Shown here: positions 37,590-46,885 of the stretch, one piece after another
Numbering within the stretch: position 1 is the first letter of the stretch
Layout of the letters: the number at the start of each line of letters is the position of its first letter
Translations under genes and position numbers: made by a program
The notes under the pieces: generated by a model
Seen by the model: the letters and a program-made list of their open reading frames with translations, nothing else
Database searches by the model: none
Told to the model about the DNA's origin: nothing
Source: Planctomycetota bacterium
GTDB taxonomy: Bacteria; Planctomycetota; UBA11346
NCBI GenBank assembly: GCA_038231435.1
Contig: JBBRLJ010000013.1
Span: forward strand, 1 to 64,000
DNA length: 64,000 nucleotides
Direction of reading: 5' to 3'

Positions 37590-38822
37590 TCAGCTCGCCT
37601 GGGCCGGTTGGCGCGCGGCCGCGCTGATCGCATCCGCCACCGCGTCGGCTTCGGCGTCGGTCCAATCCGGGTTCAGCGCCACCAGCGCGGTGCGCGCGAG
37701 GATACTGAGCGTGCGAGGCAGCATGTCCGGGCCGTACTTCTGGCTTGAACCGGCATTGGCTGGGTGCAGGAAAGGATCCGCAGCTGCGCTGTACGCGCCC
37801 TGGCGCGACATCAGCGGATCCCAGTTGCGGTAGACGTGGCGGCCGCTGTCGATCGGACGGTAGGCGGTTGGACGAGGGGCTGTCGGACGATCGCTGTTCG
37901 CGCGACCGAGCGAGGCGCAGAACGCGACCGCGTCGCTGGCGTCCGCGAATGACAGGCCGAGGTACGAGGCGGTGCCGGTGGCGTCGCCGCCGCGCAGCGG
38001 CATCACCTCGATGCCGTCAGCGCGCAGGCGTGCCAGCACGCGCGCGCGCGCGTGGTGCAGGTCGTCGAGGATGCCGTCGAGCCGCGCCAGCTGGGCGCGC
38101 AGGATCGCCGCCAGGATCTCGTTGCCGCGCAGGTTGATGCCGCAGAAGGGATTCACGGTCAGGTCCTTGCCATGGGGCCTGAAGATGCACCCGCCATCGT
38201 GGAAGATCAGCGCACGCTCGTAGGCCTCGCGGTCCTTCGCCAGGTACGCGCCGCTGTCGCCGCACGAGATCATCTTGAACTGGTTGAAGCTGTACGCCCC
38301 CATGTCGCCGATCGCTCCCAGACGCTCGCTCCCGTTCCAGCGGCCGCCGTCGGCCTGGCAGGCATCCTCGATGAGCAGCAGGCGGTGGCGCGCGGCGATC
38401 TCGCGCAGCGCGTCGAGGTCGCAGGCGAGGCCGTTCATATGCACCGGGTTGATCGCGCGCGTGCGCGGCGTGATGGCGCGCTCGACGGCCGCCGGGTCGA
38501 TGGTCAGCGACTCGTCGATGTCGACGATCACCGGGATCACGCCCATATGCAGCGGCGCGAGCGCCGAGGCGATCCAGGTGTAGCCGGGGATGATGACCTC
38601 GTCACCGGGTCCAAGGCCGAGCCCGGCGTAGCAGCACAGCAGCGCCGCAGTGCCGCTGGAGACCATGCCGACGTGCGGGCTGCCGGTGGCGATCGCGAGT
38701 TCCGCCTCGAACTTGGCTGCCTCGCCGAGGTGACCTGCCGCAGGGTCACCATAGCGGAACCACTGGCCGCTGGAGAGGACCCTGGTGGCGGCTTCGATCT
38801 CTTCGCGTCCGTGGCGGTACAT
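37590..38822 (-). CDS. DegT/DnrJ/EryC1/StrS PLP-dependent aminotransferase
   Basis: SSGTAAL; GPGDEVIIPGYTW; IEDACQA; SFNQFKMI (PLP Lys). Confidence 0.93.
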   Translation of the reverse strand: MYRHGREEIEAATRVLSSGQWFRYGDPAAGHLGEAAKFEAELAIATGSPHVGMVSSGTAALLCCYAGLGLGPGDEVIIPGYTWIASALAPLHMGVIPVIVDIDESLTIDPAAVERAITPRTRAINPVHMNGLACDLDALREIAARHRLLLIEDACQADGGRWNGSERLGAIGDMGAYSFNQFKMISCGDSGAYLAKDREAYERALIFHDGGCIFRPHGKDLTVNPFCGINLRGNEILAAILRAQLARLDGILDDLHHARARVLARLRADGIEVMPLRGGDATGTASYLGLSFADASDAVAFCASLGRANSDRPTAPRPTAYRPIDSGRHVYRNWDPLMSRQGAYSAAADPFLHPANAGSSQKYGPDMLPRTLSILARTALVALNPDWTDAEADAVADAISAAARQPAQAS

Positions 38823-39057
38823 GGCTGGCTCCTGCCGCCATCCTCGAAGTCGGGAGGGCTCCGCGATTGCCCGGACGTGCTCTCGTTGACCGGCGTTGCT
38901 CGGGCCCAGGAAGCGGCGTTCGTCCGGCGGAACACGAGAGGTGGGCACCCCGCCCTAGTGCGGATCACCGCGTGGACATGCGATGGATTGCGGCGGAATT
39001 GCTGTGGAACTCAGAACAGTGAATCCCTGTAAGCTGGATCTCCTACAGAGTCTTCAA

Positions 39058-39134
39058 TGGCGCACCCATCAGGATTCGAACCTGAGACCTACCGCTTAGA
39101 AGGCGGTTGCTCTGTCCAGCTGAGCTATGGGTGC
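39058..39134 (-). tRNA. tRNA-Arg(TCT)
   Basis: GCACCCATAGCTCAGCTGGACAGAGCAACCGCCTTCTAAGCGGTAGGTCTCAGGTTCGAATCCTGATGGGTGCGCCA; cloverleaf, encoded CCA. Confidence 0.97.
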
Positions 39135-39358
39135 GGACGATCCAGCCACTCCCATTGTGACGCCACCGCCTCCGTGGAAAGCGATGAACGGACTCGGCTG
39201 GCCGCGGAGTTTCTTGCGCTTTCCGCTTCGGCCTTCGCTCACCGTCGTGTGTCTGGTGCTTGTGATCCAGGTGATCGGGGACGCGGGCATCGAGGAATCG
39301 CCTGGCCCCACGCGCCCCGTGCGCTTGCGTGCTGCAAACGTCAGGGGTACGGTAGAAA

Positions 39359-40459
39359 ATGATGTTGTACATCGTATCTGGTCGCGCCGTCCTCATGCCG
39401 CTCCTGGTCTGTGTCGCCATGCTCGGGCGGGCGCCGGCCGCCGACCCCGGCGCCCCCATTGAAGGCGCAGGGGCCCGGCTCGTCCTGGCCCCAGGTTGGC
39501 GTGAAGCCGCTGCAGGAGCGGCGAACCTGCTCACGGTCGAGAACGCCGCGCTCGGCTGCCGCGTCACCGTCGAGGTACGGCACATCAACCCCTTCCCGAG
39601 TGACCTCGCCAACCAGCGTCTGATCGAGATGACCGGTCCCGGAGCTGCCGCCGTGCTGAAGGAGCACCCCATCCATTCGTGCACGTTCCGGGACGCCGTC
39701 CCGGTGATGAAGCGGTACGCGTACCTGAAGGCGAGCTGGCTGCTGTATGTCGATTCGCTGACGGACGCGCCTCTCGGAGACTATTGGCAGGTCGTCCCGC
39801 TCGAGGGCGTATCGCTCATCGTCCACGCGGCGTTCACCCGCCTACCGCCGAAGGACGCCGATCGGGACCGCGTCCTGGAGCAGCTCGGTCCGCTCGTCGA
39901 CTCCATCGAGCCGCTGGATGCGGTCGGCGAGAATGCCTTCACGGTCGAACGTCCTGATGCTCCCGAGGACGTGAAGACCCACCCGTTGGCGCTACGGGAC
40001 CTGGCCGCATGGTTGAAGACGGACACGGGCCTCGCCTTCCATCCCTATGTCTATCGGCACGGGTGGACCCACCGACTTCTCGACCGGCTGCCCGCCGAGT
40101 TCTGCGGCGCATGGTGCCCATACGGGCAGGACTCGAATCCGCTCGAGGTGCATCTCGCCGACTGTGCGTTCCTTCCCGGCTCGAAGGCGGAGGACATTAA
40201 TGTCCCCGAGCGGATCCATGCCTATTACGACGGCGATCGGCTGGTGCAGCTGTGGGTGACCTACAAGGAGCGCGGAACTTCGAGGGTCCGTCACGGCGAA
40301 CACGTGCTGCGTCTCGGCAAGCACGGCGAGGTGGTGGAGAACCCGATGTTGCCCGGCAACGAGACCGTGATGGGCGGACGGGTGTACACCGTGAAGCCCG
40401 CGACCGAGGCGAAACCGATCGAACAGCACCAGGCTGGGCACGAAACGAAGCATCGCTGA
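39359..40459 (+). CDS. Hypothetical exported protein between the two tRNAs
   Basis: Signal peptide; GC3 bias; no recognised motifs. Confidence 0.7.
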   Translation: MMLYIVSGRAVLMPLLVCVAMLGRAPAADPGAPIEGAGARLVLAPGWREAAAGAANLLTVENAALGCRVTVEVRHINPFPSDLANQRLIEMTGPGAAAVLKEHPIHSCTFRDAVPVMKRYAYLKASWLLYVDSLTDAPLGDYWQVVPLEGVSLIVHAAFTRLPPKDADRDRVLEQLGPLVDSIEPLDAVGENAFTVERPDAPEDVKTHPLALRDLAAWLKTDTGLAFHPYVYRHGWTHRLLDRLPAEFCGAWCPYGQDSNPLEVHLADCAFLPGSKAEDINVPERIHAYYDGDRLVQLWVTYKERGTSRVRHGEHVLRLGKHGEVVENPMLPGNETVMGGRVYTVKPATEAKPIEQHQAGHETKHR

Positions 40460-40488
40460 CGCGCCGAGCTATGGCACATGCAGCCCGA

Positions 40489-40826
40489 GCCCCATCGCCC
40501 GCGATGAGGTGGCGCCGAGTGGCGGTGGGCGGATGCAATCGGCGCAGCCAATGCGCCCACGGTTTCGCCGCGTCCAGCATAACCGAGCCACGACACAGTC
40601 GCGAGCCGCGTACGAACACGATTGAGGCGGGCAGTCATCAGTGCCGAAGGCGATAACCACCATCCAACCGGGGGCCCCATCGCCCGCGATGGGGCGGCGC
40701 CGAGTGGCGGTGGGCGGATACCATCGGCGTAGCCGATCCGCCCACGGTTTCGCCAGCCCCCGGCGAAACCGAGCCACGACAAAGCCGTGGGGTAGGCCCG
40801 CAGGGCCGTAGGGGCGAAGCCCCTGA
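40489..40826 (-). repeat. Multi-hairpin repeat family A: full copy (40675-40826) plus partial tandem copy (40489-40603)
   Basis: Two copies share CCCCATCGCCCGCGATG...GGCGCCGAGTGGCGGTGGGCGGAT; reverse complement matches 18749-18882. Confidence 0.88.
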
Positions 40827-40834
40827 CTGTAAAT

Positions 40835-40908
40835 TGGAGGCGCCACCACGATTCGAACGTGGGTAAGGAGAGTTGCAATCTCCCGCGTGACCGCTCCGCC
40901 ATAGCGCC
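40835..40908 (-). tRNA. tRNA-Cys(GCA)
   Basis: GGCGCTATGGCGGAGCGGTCACGCGGGAGATTGCAACTCTCCTTACCCACGTTCGAATCGTGGTGGCGCCTCCA; GCA anticodon, U73 discriminator. Confidence 0.95.
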
Positions 40909-40992
40909 GGGATCACTCTAACGAAGCTGGCATGCACAGCCTCGTCCGCACTGGCGGACCTTCGACGCCCGCGGAAGCAGGCCGATCCGGGC

Positions 40993-43098
40993 TTATTTCC
41001 GATAGGTGTCCCAAGCCGGCTTGGCGTCCCAGCCGGCGCCGCCGAAGACGTCCGACCAGACGGGGGGATCGCCAAGGAACAGCGCCTGGCGGACGACGCC
41101 GTCGGGCGTGATCGCGAACATGCGCTTGCCGCCGTGGTCGTCCTCGGGCCAGGCGTAGGCGACCCAGTGGTGCTCCTGGAGGGACGCGGCCTTCTCGTCC
41201 TTGGTGCGTGCCTCGGAGATGTCGTCGGATTCCTGCAGCATCGCGCCGTCGGCATCGGGCAGGTACACGGCGAAATGGTAGCCGTTGGCGCTGCCGGCCG
41301 CGAGGTCGGGCCCGACCAGCGACAACGCGGGCGCTCCGGCGACGGTGCGCGCGCCTCCGAGCTCGGACAGCAGGCCGTACTCGCCCACGCCATTGCCGTC
41401 CTGATCGAGATACAGCGCGGCCTGGAACTTCACTTCGGCCGGCAGGATCGTGGTCTTGAGCTCGGAGACCGCCTGCACTTCCGGATCCCCGGCGATGGTC
41501 GCCTCGGCAGCCTTGGAGTTGAAGGCAAAGCCGATGGCGCCCAGGACGATGGGCAGGCCGCCGAAGCCGAGCAGCCCGCGGCTCTCGACCACCGTGCCGC
41601 GATCGGATCTGGTGGTGAACAGGTAGCCGCTGGACGCGCTGGTGCCGAGCTTCGCCAGAGCCTGCAGCACCGCCTGCTTCTGCTTGCCGTCCATGCCCTG
41701 CTGGAGTCCGAGCGCCATGTTGATGTAGCCATTGAGCGTGCGCAGCACCGCGGGCGTGTCGCTCGAGCCGAGCATCACCGCGTTCGCCGGTGCCTTCTCG
41801 AGCGCGAGCTTGCCGGCGGGTGAATCGGCCCAGCCGCCGGGCGCGCCGCCGGTCCAATTGGCGGTGATGGTCGGATCGCTGGTCACTACCCAATGGTCCT
41901 TGTCGCAGATCAGGTTCACAGCCATCGGCAGGTTCGGGATCGGCAGCATCGTTGACGTGCCCTCGGCGGGCGGCTCGGCCTGGACCAGCTGCAGACCCTT
42001 CGCGACCACGCGATCGAAGGCGGGCGAGCGCGGGATGGCGAGCGTGAATGACGGGAACGGCACGCCCTGGCCCAACGCGAAGAGCGTGGTGCCATTGAAG
42101 CCCTCGATCAGATCCTGCAGCGTGCAATCGAGGCCGGCGGCTGAGATGTTGCCGTTGATCTCCTGCTCGGCCTCGTCGGGGGTCACCGGGGTGCCGCGCG
42201 TCTTGGTCATCTGCGCCGCGGCCTGGGCGAGCCAGGTCGGGCGGCCGGTCTTCCACAACGCCTTGCCGTCGGTGCCCAGGGCCAGCTCGATCAGCGTGGT
42301 GGCTGGCAGGCGGCCGACGAGATCGCGGTCGACCGGGATCAGGTGTGGCCAGGCGCGGGTCTGGGTGAAGCGCTCGAGCAGGCCCTCGGGGACCAGGCTG
42401 GCGCGGTAGTCGTAGGTGCCCGAGTACAGGTCGCTGTCCTTGGTCATCGCCGTGAAGGTGTCGGCCTGGTCATCGGGCATGGCCTTGGCGATCAGCGCGA
42501 CGAGCCCAGCGATGTCGACGATCGCCTGCAGATCCGCCGGCGGAGCCTTGGCCGGCCCGGGCTTCACCGGAGCGCAGTTGACGCCGAGCGACAGCGCGGT
42601 GCCGTAGCGGGCGACGGTGACGGTCTGATTGTCGGTCGGTTTCTCGAAGGTCATCGCCTCGTCGGCGCCGGCGATCTGCGCGGCGACGGCGTTGTCGGGC
42701 TTGCCTTGCATGAGCTTCGCGGCGAGCGCGCCGAAATCCCCGGTGGCCAGCATGTGGATGCGCGGCTTGCCGGGGTTGTCGCCATCGCTCTCCGCCTTCT
42801 CGAAATCGGTGATGAGCACGCGCAGGCCGGTCATCGCGCGCAGGGTCTCCCACGGATCGATGCCCTTGACCTCCTGCGCCTTGGCCATGGCGGCGTCGAG
42901 CGCCTGCTTGACCTGCGCGAACGCCGGGTCGGCGAAGAGCTTGCCATAGAGGCTCGCGTTCCAGTCGGCGACCAGGGTCGCGCCGTCGGCGAGTCGCAGC
43001 TCGATGGGTGCGGCGGCGGGGCTGGTCGGAGACGGAGCGTCGGCGCACCACGAAGCGGCGGCGAGGAGCGACGGCAGGACGAAGCGTACGCGGATCAT
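40993..43098 (-). CDS. Exported protein, paralog of 12744-14939, with C-terminal pilin-like domain
   Basis: ADWNASLYGKLFADPA; ILPAEVKFQ; DQDGNGVGEYG..SELGG; NGYHFAVYLPD; WVAYAWP. Confidence 0.82.
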   Translation of the reverse strand: MIRVRFVLPSLLAAASWCADAPSPTSPAAAPIELRLADGATLVADWNASLYGKLFADPAFAQVKQALDAAMAKAQEVKGIDPWETLRAMTGLRVLITDFEKAESDGDNPGKPRIHMLATGDFGALAAKLMQGKPDNAVAAQIAGADEAMTFEKPTDNQTVTVARYGTALSLGVNCAPVKPGPAKAPPADLQAIVDIAGLVALIAKAMPDDQADTFTAMTKDSDLYSGTYDYRASLVPEGLLERFTQTRAWPHLIPVDRDLVGRLPATTLIELALGTDGKALWKTGRPTWLAQAAAQMTKTRGTPVTPDEAEQEINGNISAAGLDCTLQDLIEGFNGTTLFALGQGVPFPSFTLAIPRSPAFDRVVAKGLQLVQAEPPAEGTSTMLPIPNLPMAVNLICDKDHWVVTSDPTITANWTGGAPGGWADSPAGKLALEKAPANAVMLGSSDTPAVLRTLNGYINMALGLQQGMDGKQKQAVLQALAKLGTSASSGYLFTTRSDRGTVVESRGLLGFGGLPIVLGAIGFAFNSKAAEATIAGDPEVQAVSELKTTILPAEVKFQAALYLDQDGNGVGEYGLLSELGGARTVAGAPALSLVGPDLAAGSANGYHFAVYLPDADGAMLQESDDISEARTKDEKAASLQEHHWVAYAWPEDDHGGKRMFAITPDGVVRQALFLGDPPVWSDVFGGAGWDAKPAWDTYRK

Positions 43099-43230
43099 GG
43101 CATCTCCAGGGCGCCATGGTGGGCCATGGCGTTGGGCTACAAGCCCCGCGCGCAAGCCTGGCGGCGTCCGCACGTAGCGGCAAACGTCGGCGAGCATGGC
43201 GGAGGCGGGGTTGCAGCGTACGATCTCCGC

Positions 43231-43974
43231 ATGCCTCGCACCCGATACATCTCTGCCGCGGCGCTCATGATCACGCTGCTCGGCATCTCCGCCTGTGGCT
43301 CGCCGGAGGCGCAGCCGCGAACCGGAGCGGCGTCGCCACCGGCAGCGCAATCCGGGACCGGCGGGCCGGGTATCGGCGCCGCGCCAACCGCCGGCATCGC
43401 CACAGAGGAGGGTGACCAACCGGTCGCCGCTGGCGCCCGGCCGGCCGCCTGGGCCACGCCGCTCGACAAGCCTGGCCTGCCCAATCTCAACCGCGTGACG
43501 CCTAATCTCCTGCGCGGCGCGCAGCCGAGCGCCGAGGGCATGCGCCAGCTCGAGACCATGGGCGTGAAGACCGTCCTGTCGCTGCGCGGCTTCAACGACG
43601 ACGACGAGGAGCTCGCCGGCACCGCGCTCGCCCACGAGCGCATCCGCTTCAAGACCTGGCATCCCGAGGACGAAGACGTCGACACGTTCCTGCGCATCAT
43701 CACCGACCCCGCCAAGCAGCCGGTGTTCGTGCATTGCCAGCACGGCTCCGACCGCACTGGAACCATGTGCGCCATCTACCGCATCGCCGTGCAGGGCTGG
43801 TCGAAGGACGACGCCATCCGCGAGATGACCGACGGCGGCTACGGCTTCCACCCCATCTGGACCAACCTCATCGACTACATCCGCACCCTCGACATCCCCG
43901 CCCTGCGCAAACGCGCCGGCCTCGCCGATCCGAGCATCGCCCCCGCCCCCGCCCCCGCCCCGGTCGCTCCCTAA
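43231..43974 (+). CDS. Lipoprotein tyrosine/dual-specificity phosphatase
   Basis: Lipobox ISAC; LRGAQP; VLSLRG; HCQHGSDRTG; AIREMT..GYGFH. Confidence 0.9.
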   Translation: MPRTRYISAAALMITLLGISACGSPEAQPRTGAASPPAAQSGTGGPGIGAAPTAGIATEEGDQPVAAGARPAAWATPLDKPGLPNLNRVTPNLLRGAQPSAEGMRQLETMGVKTVLSLRGFNDDDEELAGTALAHERIRFKTWHPEDEDVDTFLRIITDPAKQPVFVHCQHGSDRTGTMCAIYRIAVQGWSKDDAIREMTDGGYGFHPIWTNLIDYIRTLDIPALRKRAGLADPSIAPAPAPAPVAP

Positions 43975-43984
43975 GCAGCGCGCA

Positions 43985-44078
43985 GCGCCTGCCCCCAACC
44001 CTCCCTCCCCGTTCCTTCCCAGGGGGCAGCGCGGAGCGCGATGTTGGGGGGCCGCAGCCCCCCAACTGACAGCCCCAA
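43985..44078. repeat. Hairpin repeat family B (copy 1), between convergent PTP and argJ
   Basis: Core 44022-44067 GGGGGCAGCGCGGAGCGCGATGTTGGGGGGCCGCAGCCCCCCAACT; one mismatch to 46077-46122. Confidence 0.85.
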
Positions 44079-45395
44079 CTAAGAACGATAATCGGCGTTC
44101 TCGCTGACGTACTCGTGCGAGCGGTCGGTACCGACCACCGTGCAGGCGGCTCCGCCGAGACCTAGATCGATGGCGATCTCGACGCAGCGCTGGTGCGGCG
44201 GGAACGACACCGGCGGCCTGAAGGTCAGGCCGTCCACCGGAGGGACGCTGGCGTAGAGCTCGGCTGAGCGCAGGTGCGCGACCAGTTCGCGCTCGGCGGC
44301 GGGATCGAGGCGGAAAGCACCGTCGGCGAAGATGGCGCGGCCGCCCATGGTGATGGTGGTGCGGGCGAGATCGACGCCCGGGCACGCCACGCCCACGTAC
44401 TTGCCGATCGCGCACACCAGCCGGCCGACATTCGGATCATTGCCGCAGACGGCGCACTGGAACAATGGCGAATTGACCACCGATTTGCCGATGCCGCGCG
44501 CGACCTCGACGCTGGGAGCGCCACTCACCGCGACGCGCATGACGTGGTGCACGCCCTCGCCGTTGCGCGCGATGTCCTCGGCGAGCTCGCCGCACACCGC
44601 GTCGAGCGCGGCCTGGAAGGCGAGCATGTCCGGGCAGGCCACCGCGCCCGACGAGAGCGCCACCACGGTATCCGAGGTGCTGGTGTCGCTATCGATCGAC
44701 ATGCAGTTGAAGCTGCCGTCCACCGCGCGCGCCAGCGCCGCGCGCAGCGCGACGCGCGGCACCGCGAGATCGGTGAGCACGTACACCAGCATGGTCGCGA
44801 GGTTGGGCTCGATCATGCCCGCGCCCTTGGCGATGCCGACGATCGAACCGCCGGCGAGCTCGCGCCTGCGGATCTTGGGAAACAGGTCGGTGGTGACGAT
44901 GCCCTCGGCGGCTGGCAGGATCGACGCCGCCTGCAGCGTGGCCATCGCAGCCGGGACCGCGGCGATGATCGCCGCCTCGGGCAGCCTCCACCCGATGACG
45001 CCGGTAGAGCTGGGCAGCACCTGGGCGGGCGCGATGCCCAGCGCTGCCGCCGCCGCGGCGCACACGCGCTCGGCGGTCTCGACCCCGCCCGGAGCGCAGA
45101 CGTTCGAGATCTTGTTGTTCACCACCACCGCGCCGAGCGTCGGCTCGTCGAGCCGGCGCCGCCCGATCAGCACCGGCGCGCCTGGAAAGGCGTTCTTGGT
45201 GAACATCGCGGCGAACGACGGAGTCGGCTGGTCGAGCGCGATCACCGTCACGGTCATGCGCGACGGCTTGGCCACCTCGACCGGCATGAACTCGAAGCGG
45301 TGCGCCCCGACGCGGAATCCCCGCGGCAACGCCGCCTGCGCAGATAGCCAGGCGCGGTGCTCGTCACGCGACGAGAAGGTGGTGGGAGCGGACAT
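44079..45395 (-). CDS. argJ: Bifunctional ornithine acetyltransferase/N-acetylglutamate synthase
   Basis: FTKNAFPGAP; SSTGVIG; TTD; AKGAGMIEPNLATML; SIDSDTSTSDT; NGEG; DPNVGR; ENADYRS. Confidence 0.96.
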   Translation of the reverse strand: MSAPTTFSSRDEHRAWLSAQAALPRGFRVGAHRFEFMPVEVAKPSRMTVTVIALDQPTPSFAAMFTKNAFPGAPVLIGRRRLDEPTLGAVVVNNKISNVCAPGGVETAERVCAAAAAALGIAPAQVLPSSTGVIGWRLPEAAIIAAVPAAMATLQAASILPAAEGIVTTDLFPKIRRRELAGGSIVGIAKGAGMIEPNLATMLVYVLTDLAVPRVALRAALARAVDGSFNCMSIDSDTSTSDTVVALSSGAVACPDMLAFQAALDAVCGELAEDIARNGEGVHHVMRVAVSGAPSVEVARGIGKSVVNSPLFQCAVCGNDPNVGRLVCAIGKYVGVACPGVDLARTTITMGGRAIFADGAFRLDPAAERELVAHLRSAELYASVPPVDGLTFRPPVSFPPHQRCVEIAIDLGLGGAACTVVGTDRSHEYVSENADYRS

Positions 45396-45448
45396 GGGGC
45401 ACAGTGTCTGGGTGCCATGGCAGGCGCAATCGTCGGTACGGGACACCC

Positions 45449-45533
45449 GTCGTCGGATGTCGGTCGTTGGTCGTCGACAGCTGGACTACAGCCGACTACA
45501 GCCGACTACAGCTGGACAACCAGACCACAAGAC
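45449..45533. repeat. Short tandem/inverted repeat in clpS-argJ spacer
   Basis: GACTACAGC x3 at 10-nt period (45484-45512), preceded by complementary GTC-rich units. Confidence 0.5.
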
Positions 45534-45615
45534 GGCCGGGTCAGCGGCTCGGTGCGAGATCACCGGTGGCCGTGTTCGACCTCGGACCGCGGGCGAGGGA
45601 GGTGCATTGCGATGG

Positions 45616-45930
45616 CTATTCCGACGGTTCGATGATGGCGCTCATGCTGCCCTTGCAGCGCGGCAGCCGCCAATCCGGGCCGAAGCCATGGATCTGCTCC
45701 TGCTTGAGCTCGGCGCGTTCCTTGGTGGTGGTCTCCACCACCGCGCGTCCGGCGCTGTCGACTTCGCACGCGCAGGTGAACGCGCGCTGCGGCGAATGCC
45801 CGAAGACCTTCCCGAGCATCTCGATCACGTATTCGTAGGTGTGGTCGTCGTCATTGAGCAGCACGACATGCCACAACGGCGACACCTTCGTCGCCTCCTC
45901 GACCTGCAATTCCGGAACGGCGATGGGCAT
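45616..45930 (-). CDS. clpS: ATP-dependent Clp protease adaptor ClpS
   Basis: WHVVLLNDDDHTYEYVIEML; VDSAGRAVV; ERAELKQEQIH. Confidence 0.93.
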   Translation of the reverse strand: MPIAVPELQVEEATKVSPLWHVVLLNDDDHTYEYVIEMLGKVFGHSPQRAFTCACEVDSAGRAVVETTTKERAELKQEQIHGFGPDWRLPRCKGSMSAIIEPSE

Positions 45931-46039
45931 CGTGTCGACCGCCCCCAGTTTCCCCGCTTTACGGCGAACGCCAGGGGAGAGCTACGCAACGCCTCGACAA
46001 ACGACGTACCGCTGCATCGATGTCGAGCAGCGTCTCATG

Positions 46040-46122
46040 GCGCCTGCTCCCAACCCAACCTGCTCTCTGCCTCCTGGGGGGCAGCGCGGAGCGCGATGTT
46101 GGGGGGCCGTAGCCCCCCAACT
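46040..46122. repeat. Hairpin repeat family B (copy 2), abutting the batE stop codon
   Basis: Core 46077-46122 with GTTGGGGGGC-CGTA-GCCCCCCAAC stem-loop. Confidence 0.85.
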
Positions 46123-46885
46123 AAAAAGTATCGGAGAGCGGCACATACCCCCGCCGCCCATCCTCGAGCACCACCAGCGCCCGCCCATTCCACGGCGGCT
46201 GCGGCTCGCGCCGCACCAGCATGCCGGCGCGCACCGGGGTCACCGCCGCGCCGGTGCTGTCGACGAGCGCGGTATCCTGGGTGATGGCCATGAACGGGGC
46301 ACGCGCATCGTGCCACGCGGCGGCGGCGCCGGGAGCCGACACCAGCGCTGCGAGTCCACCGAGGTTCAGCATCCAGCGCCTGCGCGCGCGCGAGGTCAGC
46401 CACCAGCCGCCGAGCAGGCCCGACGCGCCGAGCAGCGCGACGCCCGACCAGCCTCGGCCGGGCCATCCCGCCGGGCCGAGATGCTCGCACCACGTGGCCG
46501 GCATGGCCGCGCCGGCCGTGCGCAGAGCCTGCAGCGGTTCCGCCTGGGCAGGCGCGAAGCGGTGCGCGGCCAGGAGCCAGGCCACCGCGTGGCCGGCATC
46601 CCCGGCAGCCGTCGCGGCGAGACCGCAATCGTACCACGCCGACCAGTCGCGGCTGTCGCGCGCGCGCGCATATAGGGCCGGCACCGCCTCGGCGGGACGG
46701 CCCTGCATCCACGCCGCGTACGGATCGCTCGGGGCGGCGGCTCTCGCATTCGATACGTCTTCAGACGCGACGATCGTGCCCGGCACGGCGAGGACGATGA
46801 GCACCGACCATGCGAGGCCTGCAAGCCATGCGAGTCCACCCAGCCGGCCCGGTACTGCCGAGAGGAAGCGAGGAGCACCGCTCAC
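46121..46885 (-). CDS. BatE-like TPR-TM-SH3 protein
   Basis: TPR (WYDCGLAA), TM pair, C-terminal LEDGRRGYVP SH3-like; last gene of Bat operon. Confidence 0.75.
   Translation of the reverse strand: MSGAPRFLSAVPGRLGGLAWLAGLAWSVLIVLAVPGTIVASEDVSNARAAAPSDPYAAWMQGRPAEAVPALYARARDSRDWSAWYDCGLAATAAGDAGHAVAWLLAAHRFAPAQAEPLQALRTAGAAMPATWCEHLGPAGWPGRGWSGVALLGASGLLGGWWLTSRARRRWMLNLGGLAALVSAPGAAAAWHDARAPFMAITQDTALVDSTGAAVTPVRAGMLVRREPQPPWNGRALVVLEDGRRGYVPLSDTF

Noticed and set aside
39058..40908. Prophage or integrative element at the tRNAs
   Set aside because: No integrase, phage genes or duplicated tRNA 3' end found in the window
43099..44415. N-terminal 439-aa extension of ORF 40993-44415
   Set aside because: Antisense to the phosphatase gene; real start is ATG 43098 with GGAG RBS and signal peptide
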